A DNA stretch of 64,000 nt from Amphiscolops sp. MND2022 (lineage: Eukaryota). Position 1 is the stretch's first letter; every line of letters begins with the position of its first letter. The DNA lies in NCBI GenBank assembly GCA_964187785.1, contig OZ076409.1, forward strand, positions 55,678,001-55,742,000, in the 5' to 3' direction. The position numbers were made by a program, and so were the translations under genes. This document shows positions 51,701 through 61,060 of the stretch, piece by piece. The notes under the pieces are model-generated. The model was not told where the DNA came from and ran no database searches. It saw only the letters and a list, made by a program, of their open reading frames with translations.

Positions 51701-51971
51701 AAACTATTAGTCGTACACTCGGTAAAAGTCACCAGCATTATTGACCAGCAAATTTAGAAGCTCTGCGTCAACGAAGAAATGGCCCCTGAGTGCTCTAACA
51801 CTTTTGCATCCGGGTAGTAGGGAAATGAAAACCATGACCCAAAGATTTGAAAGAATCGAAATTTGTTCCAAGATTACGTAAGTAAACTTGGATGAGCAGT
51901 TGGTCCAAATTAGCGGAAGCAGAGCTGAAATGTTCTACGAAAAACAAAATCATTCGAGCAAACTCTTACTA

Positions 51972-52630
51972 GCAAGCCGAACCGGCCCAAGTCGGCGCCC
52001 CGCTCGGATTTCGAAAGTTTCCAATATGCAAATGACATGTTAAAAATTTATCCTCAGTGCCGAAAAATATCCAAAGGGATACACATAAGGCACGAAAACA
52101 ACTCCCACTGCAAACCAAACCACTTTTTCTCGAAAACCTTTTCATCGGAAAAAGGTTGGGCCGAAAGTGGAGCTTTAGGGAGACACTATTGGGAAAACTT
52201 TTATCAACTATACAGTGCCAAAAATACCCGAAGGGATATCCATAAGACGAGAACCGCGTTTCCCGAAACTCGAAACATCAAAAAACTATTGAACTTATTT
52301 CATTTCAATTTTTTGAAAAAGTGCCTGAAAACCCAGAAGACCCCCAAGTTTTCATGAAAGTTAAAGGGGGACACTTTGTTCATACAAAGCTTCGGAGAAA
52401 AGTCCCACAGTGCCGAAAAACAGGTCTTCTCCATAAATGAGAAAAGTCTCACCAGGACCAAAAAAAATCAAGGAGGTCACCCTTAGGACACGGAAAAGGG
52501 GTATTACAGAAACCTCAAAAACAATAAGTATGCAAAAAAAGTTGAATTTTTAAAAAAATTCTCCGGTAAGTCTCATGGTGCCGATAAATTATAAAGAGGA
52601 GTCCTCGGCTTTTTCAAAACACTTTGTTAA
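51972..52630 (-). mobile_element. HINE-A-related partial element
   Basis: caagccgaaccggcccaagtcggcgcc terminus; cagtgccgaaaaa internal repeats. Confidence 0.65.
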
Positions 52631-52631
52631 T

Positions 52632-54051
52632 AACAAGCCGGGACCGGCCCAAGTCGGCGCCATATCTAAGGCTCAAAAATAGCACAAGCACTTCAGAGTA
52701 TTCTCTTCCACAGCACCCGAAAATTTTTTGAAAATGTCTCACAATGCCAAAAACTGAAAGGGGAACCTTTGAGATTCTTCAACATCCATTATGTCGCAAA
52801 ACTCCAAAAAAAAAATTTACGGAAAAAAGTCTCGCAATGCCGACAAAAACCAAGGGAAGACCCTCTAGTACCGTCCGGTTTTGTTACGCCGGAAAAAAAG
52901 GAAAAACCTTCTAGGTTCAGTTCGCTAAGCCAAATGAATCAATTAGGCGTCTTATTAAAATTTTGTAGAACTTTTGGTTGAACTATTTTAGTCACTTCAG
53001 GTTAAAGACCGGAAAAAATTGCGTAGTTTTTGCGCAGCTTAGAGTGTTTTTGCTAAGACGCAACTTTGACGCAAATGTAATTTTTTAACGCAATTTTAAC
53101 GCAAAATTCAGGGAAATTATAAGACATTTCTGATAAATAACTCTATTCCAGGGATGCGGTGAGACATTTCTGAGAAATACTTGACATTTCTGCGAAAAGC
53201 TTCTCGCTACGCATCACTGCACTTTTTAAAAATGGTTTATACAATTCAGTTTGTACTCATATTGCCGCCATTTTCAGTTTCTATGCCAAACGCAGAGGTT
53301 GCAGGCAAAAGTTACGTGCGCCAGTTACCAGGAGGGGAATATATTTAGCATTATAATGCAGATAATGACCTAGTTCTTTGCAAGATATGTTCCTGTGGTT
53401 TTGACTTCTCCGTATCGATTGTTACCTATCGCGTTAATAAACATATGGAGTCAAAGAAGCGCAAGATTGGGACAGAAGCTTCCACAAGTCGTCAGCAAAC
53501 CATCAATTAACTATCATTCTTGAGCAGTGAACCAAAAACTAATGTTTTCAAGACAGAACTGAATCAAATGTTGCTGAGCGCAAACATCCCAGTGTTCAAG
53601 GTTGAAAAAGAGAAATTCAAGAGCTTCATGGAAAAATTGACAGGTACTTCCGAGCGAGTCGTCCATCCGGTAAACTTACGTTCCGATTGAGTATGACAAT
53701 ACAGTTAAAACTGTACGTGACAAAATTGCAGATAATGACTATTACATCCAAATAGATGAAGCCTATGCTCCTGTTGTTTCTTGTGAAATTGAGAGGGTTT
53801 TCTCTGCGATGGATGCAACTCTATCTTCAAAAAGAAGCAACTTGACTGTCGAGCATTTACAGCATATTCTTATTATTCATTGCAATATTAATCAAATGTT
53901 TTTTGACAGCTGTTTTTACGCAATTTTTAGCGCGATTTCATTCAAATTTTAACAACTTATTCCGGTACCTACTTCAGGTGTATCGAAGAAAACACTGACG
54001 AAAAGCCATGACTGTAGTCAACTCTTTTCTCAAGAAAACCGTTGACTAAAA
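52632..54051 (-). mobile_element. HINE family A interrupted by a hAT element
   Basis: acaagccgggaccggcccaagtcggcgccatatctaaggctc at one end; agtcaac...gttgactaaaaa at the other. Confidence 0.82.
53003..53971 (+). mobile_element. Internally deleted hAT element with CGGBP1-like transposase remnant
   Basis: TIR taaagaccggaaaaaattg / caacttattccggtaccta. 8-bp TSD cttcaggt (52995-53002 / 53972-53979); empty site at about 55266-55283. Encodes LCKICS...NKHMESKK; LLSANIPVFKV...KFKSFMEK; YIQIDE fused to AYAPVVSCEIERVFSAM...KRSNLTVEHL. Confidence 0.9.
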
Positions 54052-54998
54052 ATTGACGGCCTAAAAAAGTCTTAGTTTTAGGGACGAGGGAAAAGATTGA
54101 AGAAAACGTTCCTAAAGCTTTCAAATCAATAATTTATGATAAAGTATTGAGAATGAAACAGCTATTCGGTTAAGTTGAAAAGTAATGACATAATACTGAA
54201 AACAAAGCCAAAGGGGACCCTTTGGTTTCAAATGACCGTTAATTCCTGTATGAGTTGCGTTATGGTCGGAGGAGATTCCTTTACAGCTCAATGTAGTATA
54301 TAAAACTGTTTTGGACACCTGAACTGTTTTGGACACTTCAGATGTATCAAAAAAACTGACGAAAAGCCACGACTATAGTCGTTCTTGTCTAAGCGCTAAC
54401 TAAAAATGATACTAATATTTGGATCCATTAAAATCCGAATTGAACATGAAATAAGGTTATCACTGGGCAGCTGGATATTTTCTACAGGATTACCTACGAC
54501 ATTTTTTACGACTCGAGCGTGAGAGTTTTTACTTCTTAGAATTCAATTCACGCCTTTCTTTGAAAAACCCTAAACGTATGTTTCTCCCAAGAAGTAGATG
54601 GTATACGGCAATGGGCATAAGTTCAAGACCGTTAGAGAGTTTGTCGAGCGCCGAGATACCTCGGTTGTCATCACATTGCATAAACTTATTTAAGGTGTTC
54701 AGACTGCATACATACACCTCCTTGCTTCAGCCCGGATCTCTCGATCGATTGGTGCCAGGTATTATCCATAGTATATAGGCCGTTCCTGGTTGTTCATGCA
54801 GAATCGCGCTATATTATCCCGCAAGAGGTCGCTGTGATATCGATAAAAATTTTGACAATCAATCCACGCATCAGGGTTTGTCAGAGGGTGCTGCGAGAAG
54901 CTGCAACATCTTGAGACACGGTGTGCAGTTTTGGTGTCGACTGCATTATGATTGAAACAGAGGAGAAAACACCAACTTCCACGACTATTACACTGTCA

Positions 54999-55357
54999 AA
55001 CAAGCCAGGACCGGCCCAAGTCGCCGCCATATCTAAGGCTCAAAAATAGCAAAGTGACTTCAAAGTGTCAAAGTATTCTATTCTACAGCACCCGAAATTT
55101 TTTGAAATAGTCTCACAATGCCGGAAAAATACTGAAAGGGACCCTTTGGTCTCGTCCGGTACTCTTTATGTGCGGGAAACTTTTTTTGCTTCAGTTCCTT
55201 AGGCCAACGGCTACAATTTGGCCTCTTCTTGAAACTTTGTAGAACTCTTTATAGAACTATTTTGGTCACTTCAGGTGTATCGAAAAAAATTAAAAAACAC
55301 TGACGAAAAGCCATGACTACAGTCGACTCTTTTCCTAAGGAAAGCGCCGACTAAAAA
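54999..55357 (-). mobile_element. HINE family A (complete short copy)
   Basis: aacaagccaggaccggcccaagtcgccgccatatctaaggctc ... agtcgactcttttcctaaggaaagcgccgactaaaaa. Confidence 0.85.
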
Positions 55358-55571
55358 TAGTCAATTGTTTGCAAATATTGCAATTAACGTTTATTGGAAC
55401 CTTTTCCGAAAGCAAGTAGATTTTGGTTTTGTAATTTTATCACAATGTGTTGGATCCTTGGATTCGTCCCGCCTGTTGATCGTCTCCGCTTGCGACCAGT
55501 TCATTCGAAAGGTTATCACGTTGTTAATCATGCCTCCTGGTTTATTTCTGAAAAATAACCTGATAAATAGT

Positions 55572-55947
55572 CACAAGACGGGAACGTCTAAAGTCAGCGC
55601 TATATCTAAGGCTCGAAAAGCGCAAAGTTTTTAAAATTATAAAAGAAGGACCCTTTGGGGAAGGACCCTTTGAAAAATCAAAAGAATTGAGGGGGCTCTT
55701 TTTAGACATTGAAAAATTTCAAAAGAAAGTCGCACAGTGCCGAAAAAATTCAAAGGGGAACCCTATAGGACTCGTCCGAGTTTGTATCTTACGTTAAAAT
55801 TGGAGTTAAGGAAAAGGGGACCCTTTGCACTAACTTAGATGCAGTTCTGGTTGTCGGTCCAGTAATTTGCTTCTGTAAAAAAGTCCATTCATTCTGTTGT
55901 CTGACGAAAAAAAACCTAGTCGAGCTTTTCTTCCTTAAAATAAAAGG
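55572..55947 (-). mobile_element. HINE family A variant
   Basis: acaagacgggaacgtctaaagtcagcgctatatctaaggctc ... agtcgagc...gtcgactgaaaa. Confidence 0.75.
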
Positions 55948-56259
55948 TAAAAGGTGTCGACTGAAAAACAGGTGGAAGACACCATGTTGCAGTCATGACG
56001 TGTCCGGTAAATTAGGTTGCCTTAGAGTAAAATACTGCGCTGGTTGCAAAATCTCAGTGTCGATAACGGCCCCATAAAAAGGAAATAATGAAAATTTGCA
56101 AAAGTTGCATCAATTCGTGATGTAACACTATGCTCCCCGTATAGCAAAATTATAGCAATGAATTCCACGTCTGAGGTTACCCTTCGATGTGATAATGACA
56201 GATTTTTCCTCTTGCACTATTACACCAATTGCAAACTCGATTTGTGGCTGTTGTCGTTG

Positions 56260-56535
56260 CAGTAAACAACATCCGAAGAGACATAAGACAGACCATTTTG
56301 GAAGGACAAAGCTCACTTGTGTTTCTATGTTGCCCATAATAACTGCTCATCTTTTCTCGTTTCGCTGCTTTTTAATGCGAGCCTGCTGCTTATTTTTGAG
56401 ACTATTGGTTCAGCTCCTCCTATACTGGTGAACACGAGCGCATTAAAAGTCTTAGCTTTAGTTTCGATAATTCGTTGCTCCTACTTCAACAGTTTCCAAG
56501 TTTTGTGATGGTCGTAGGTTTCTCTCATACCTTTG
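56260..56535 (-). pseudogene. Restriction-like endonuclease C-terminus of a CRE-like non-LTR retrotransposon
   Basis: YDHHKTWKLLK*EQRIIETKAKTFNALVFTSIGG...RLALK...MGNIETQVSFVL...VLCLFG resembles the recalled RI..VE.GTF.PLVF.T.GG...RLA...LSF.L...CLRG pattern. Degenerate. Confidence 0.55.
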
Positions 56536-57124
56536 AGACATAATTGAAAAAAAAACTTCCTATGGAAGATGTCCAAACATAGGCCAAGCAGCTTATTGCT
56601 TTGCTGTTTCGTTCTTGATATTCATACACGCGACACAAAACTTGCATTGAAAAACATAAATCTTAAAAAGAAGGAAATTTTTGGCATTTGTCTTGCTAAG
56701 GCAGCACTGTTTGTTTAAAAAAAACTCTATCCAAGAAGACATATGATACGACCAGACTAACTAACAATGACTCAGAAACAACATCCTTTTCCGCCTCTCG
56801 ATGCAATATCGGAACGTACCATGGTTACCCTCAGGTACAAAATTGTATTCTCATGTAAAATTATACGACACAATTATTGAAAAACCAAACACTTCCAAAT
56901 GTTTGTTAATTTTCAAGAACATCCTAATGCATTCCGATTGTCGGGTTTCAAGGCCACTCATGTTTTGACACGCGATGCTATAGTTCACGAAGAGGTCAAG
57001 TACTGACCTGACAAAGTAGTGAAGGTCATCGATGAAGGGTCAGCGAGGTCCACCATTTGTACTCGAGGTCACTGTTCTGATGGGATGGCACGCATTGGAA
57101 GTTTTAAAAAATCAATATGAAGTC

Positions 57125-57617
57125 AACAAGCCGGAAACGGCATAAATCGGCGCCATATCTAAGGCTCAAAAATAGCAGAAGGACGTGAAAGTGTCAAAAA
57201 GTTCAAAGTATCAAACTCACAAAAAGAGTAATAAACCCACGAAAAATCCAAACGACCGAACTGGCGCGCCAGGTGCCCGCTAGCGCAGGCCCCTGGCGCG
57301 CTAAAAAGGGGACCCTGTTGCATTTTTCAGCATCCATTGTTACAAAGAATCAAGAACTTGAAGGGGGACCCTTTGGTGAAATTTTCGAAAAAAACAGTGC
57401 CGAAAAAACTGAAAAGGGGACTCTTTAGTCTCTCCCGGTATTGTATGTTACGCGGAAAAATAGGAAAAACCTTTTTGGTTCAGCTCGCTAGGCCAAATAG
57501 TGCAACTTGGCACCATAAAATTTCGTAGAATTTTAAAGAACTATTTTGGTCAGTTCGTGTGGAATGAAAAAAGTCACTATAATAGTCGCGTTTCACTTCA
57601 TGAAGCGCCGACTAAAA
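57125..57617 (-). mobile_element. HINE family A (complete copy)
   Basis: aacaagccggaaacggcataaatcggcgccatatctaaggctc ... agtcgcgtttcacttcatgaagcgccgactaaaaa, identical to the terminus at 36836-36870. Confidence 0.85.
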
Positions 57618-58510
57618 ATCAATGCCAGAAGTACTAGCTATTTGAGAAATTCATCATAACACTTTGGCATCGTGTCCTAGATAAAACAACTGAAAATAGT
57701 CAGAATTGTGGAATAATTTTACTGAAGAAACGATGCGCTGTCTCACTCATGGAAAGATCTCACTCGTTCCCGACTCAATTAAATTAGTTGTCCTGGACGT
57801 TTCCTGTACACGAAAATTCCGTTTTGTGCCGTATACCAGGTTGTTTCTATTCAGAAAACACAGGCGCGACGGCTTGTCGCGCTGAACCTCGAGCAGAAAC
57901 GTTCAATGTTCTGAAGGAGGTGCTACATATTGGGTATACTGCAGGGCCCAAATCCAGATGAACTTATCTAGTCTCATATCAGGATATTTTGATGGAAGAT
58001 CTAAAAAATGAATAAACGTTTTTTTGAGAAAAATGAAAAAAAGTCTTTTTGGCAGAAACCCAAAGGCGCCATACTTGATGACGGAAACTTTGATAGTACA
58101 AAAACTTGCCTAAATCCTTGTCTCACTCTGTGAAGGATAATGGTGTTCGTATCTATTTTCAGTTCTGAGAAAAATTAGCTACAAGTTGGAAAAAAAGGAA
58201 ATATTTTTTTCATCACTATTTTTGCTCAAAAAACCAGAGCGAAAAAATTTCAACATCACTTTTAGCCTGAAACGTAGCCTACAGAACCCTCTTACACTTT
58301 ACAAACCATGAACACCGTATTTGATCTCCGTGATGAGATATAGAAGCTCAAGTAAAAAATGTCGCAAGCTGCCGCTTGTGACGGCGTCCTATACCAAATG
58401 ATGCCAGAAGGTAATGAGACACTACCAGCACCCGGGGTACTACCTATCTAAAACAAACTCTGAAACAAACTTTAGCATTTATTCTGATAGTTTAATATTA
58501 GTTTCATACA

Positions 58511-59222
58511 TGTAACGACCGAAGTATTAGCGCTAAACATGTAATTTCTATGCTACTATTTAGACCTAAAGTCAAACTGACAGCATTCAATCAGTACATT
58601 TATTCAATTGCTATTATTGATTTGTTACTATTTAGAATTTCCCATTGATGAAATTACTTACAATTAGTCTGTACCTAAAGTACATCACTTAGTTAACGAT
58701 GCAACACTCAGCAAATTAACTCAACTGCTGTTAAACGATGTTTAAAGAGTACTTTAAGACGCTTTTCTGAGCAGTTAATTAACTAGTACTCTACTGCAGT
58801 CAAATTGACGTGTGGTCACAAGTACTTGTTGACCAATCAGAGTGAAGCACCAGTCTATCATTGCAGTCATGCTGACGCATGGTCAAATTTGGAATTTCAT
58901 TGAGTATTGATGTTACCAATGCATGAAAGGTTGTTTTTAACCTGAATTTGAATACATGTAAAGATACCCACTGTTTGTTTGATGCTATTTATATCTCTTC
59001 ATTTGTGTGACGTAATGTCAAAACCTTCAGTCTATTTTTAGAACTAGTGACCTAATAATGAAACCGGGGCTATATTTAGAATGATATCACCCTAAAATTA
59101 GTTCCTGACACGCAAAATATTGAGTGTCATGCAGTATAAACTATATATACGCGGAAATTGTAAGAAAAGGATTCATTCATTGATTGAGAACGCTACGATA
59201 CAAAACCGTTCAATTTGTTACT
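58511..59222 (+). repeat. Putative 5' LTR
   Basis: Begins tgtaacga and ends ttgttac(t), an imperfect terminal IR. TATA-like tataaactatatata at about 59136; CCAAT and duplicated gcagtca...tgacg..tggtca motifs. The partner LTR is outside the window, so the boundaries are inferred. Confidence 0.6.
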
Positions 59223-59263
59223 GTTGATTAATTCACCGTTGAAATCAAACCCATTTCTTGAAA

Positions 59264-61060
59264 ATGCCTTCAACTAGAAAGCAGAAAGCAAGAGGGAAAC
59301 GTTCCAGACAGTCTGACGTAATGTCTGATATAGAAAATCTTGATGTAATGTTAGGAAATTATCAGAGAGAGAATACTGAATTCCGAAGTGAGAATAATGA
59401 AAATACATTAGACCAAAGGTCTGATGAAAGGGAAGGCCAGGATCGAAATGTGGAAGACTATCAAACCTTCCTGAATAACAATCCAAGTGAAAATAGATGT
59501 TTGACCATTGAAACTAGTAGAGTTATTAGTTCTGAAATTTCATCACAGATGTCAAGGAAATTTCAGGAAATGCAAACTAGTCTAAATTCTCAGATATTGG
59601 ATGTTATAAACACTGCAACTGACACTAGGGTGCTTCCCAGCATCAAAAATGCTGTTAGGAGACAGAATTCAGCGAGAACTACAAGTTTAGACCTTCGGTC
59701 AGATGGACTGCATGACGATACTGCCGCCCCAGGAAATTCTCAGAAGGACCTTCGGTTAAATAGACTGCATCCGGAAAATACCAACAAAACGTACCAGGAT
59801 GCTCAGAATGAGTTTCCGAGATTAATTTCAATCAAAAATAACCAAACAAATCATCGTAGAGAGAATTCAGGTGATTCTCAAGTTAGTGATGATGACTATG
59901 GTTATGACATGGTGACAGGAGCCAACCTTACCCCTCAAATGGTCCCTGAATTTCTGACCGGACGGCCCATGCATTCTCAAAATAAAACTCCCCATCAACA
60001 GTGTGTCACCGATGACACGCTCGATACAACCATCCCTGCACAAATACCAACAGTCCCTACTAACAACAGGGACGTGCCCTTTGAAGCACCAATTGATCCC
60101 ATCAATAGACTCGCAGATGTTATTATGGGAATAAATAACAAACCGTCAGCCCAGACACTGATGGTACGACCAGTCAATACGACCACATTAACATTCGATG
60201 GTAAATCCGAAAAGTTTGAACTGTTCGAAGATCTTTTTCACACGATGATAAAGATGCAACCGGACATGACGGAAACAATGAAAATCAATAATTTTCATTC
60301 GCTGTTGCGCAGTAATGCGCTACAGACCTTTCGTAATATCAACTCTGCCAATAGACAAACTTTGGAAGATATACTAGCGATCTTCCGTAGGAAATATGTC
60401 AAACCTGAGTCCCAGGCAACTGCAAAACACAAATGGCATAAATTGGTATTTGATCCGAATACTATGAAATTACCTGATTTTTTCGAAGAACTTAACCAAG
60501 GTGCTGAAAAAGCCTTTGGGGAACACGCTCACGCGATGATTGACAGTCTACTTTACGCTAAATTGCCGCCCAAACTGAAACGTTCAGTTAACATGGCACG
60601 GCTTGAAAATGCTACCTACGAAGAGATTGTCACACACCTTGAACGAGAATTGGAGTTGAATGGACTTGAGGAAGGCGACGACATTCACGTCCCCACAATG
60701 TCCACAGCCTTGACAGCAACACGACCGGGTACTGGCCTCCTCTCATCCGGCATTGACCCAAACATTACTTGCAATTATTGCAAAAAACCTGGGCACGTCA
60801 AAGAGGACTGCCGCAAACTCAAAAGAAAGGAGGAACAACGCCGCAATGAAGGGCAGGATACCAAGAAAGAATATTCAAAATGTCCAACTTGCGACAAAAC
60901 AAATCACCCGTCGGAACGATGTTGGAAAGGCGCTGGAGCTCACCTCAAGCCCAAGAACCTCAAATTGGACAACTCCAAAACAGAGGAAACGACTAAGAGT
61001 CAAGATGACTCTAGCAATACTAAACCCACCACCTCCATTCTTAAAAACTCAAAAAACTAG
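59264..61060 (+). CDS. gag: Gag polyprotein (598 aa from the ATG) with two CCHC knuckles
   Basis: TFDGKSEKFELFEDLF capsid-like start; CNYCKKPGHVKEDC and CPTCDKTNHPSERC. Confidence 0.93.
   Translation: MPSTRKQKARGKRSRQSDVMSDIENLDVMLGNYQRENTEFRSENNENTLDQRSDEREGQDRNVEDYQTFLNNNPSENRCLTIETSRVISSEISSQMSRKFQEMQTSLNSQILDVINTATDTRVLPSIKNAVRRQNSARTTSLDLRSDGLHDDTAAPGNSQKDLRLNRLHPENTNKTYQDAQNEFPRLISIKNNQTNHRRENSGDSQVSDDDYGYDMVTGANLTPQMVPEFLTGRPMHSQNKTPHQQCVTDDTLDTTIPAQIPTVPTNNRDVPFEAPIDPINRLADVIMGINNKPSAQTLMVRPVNTTTLTFDGKSEKFELFEDLFHTMIKMQPDMTETMKINNFHSLLRSNALQTFRNINSANRQTLEDILAIFRRKYVKPESQATAKHKWHKLVFDPNTMKLPDFFEELNQGAEKAFGEHAHAMIDSLLYAKLPPKLKRSVNMARLENATYEEIVTHLERELELNGLEEGDDIHVPTMSTALTATRPGTGLLSSGIDPNITCNYCKKPGHVKEDCRKLKRKEEQRRNEGQDTKKEYSKCPTCDKTNHPSERCWKGAGAHLKPKNLKLDNSKTEETTKSQDDSSNTKPTTSILKNSKN
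61051..61057 (+). promoter_or_regulatory. -1 programmed ribosomal frameshift slippery heptamer A AAA AAC
   Basis: tcA AAA AAC TAG in the gag frame, directly before the gag stop. The -1 frame is closed by TAA at 61042-61044 and is open thereafter. Confidence 0.85.

Noticed and set aside
54016..54046. Apparent compensatory change in the HINE terminal stem (agtcaac/gttgact)
   Set aside because: CpG deamination on the two strands gives the same pattern, so it is not evidence of selection.
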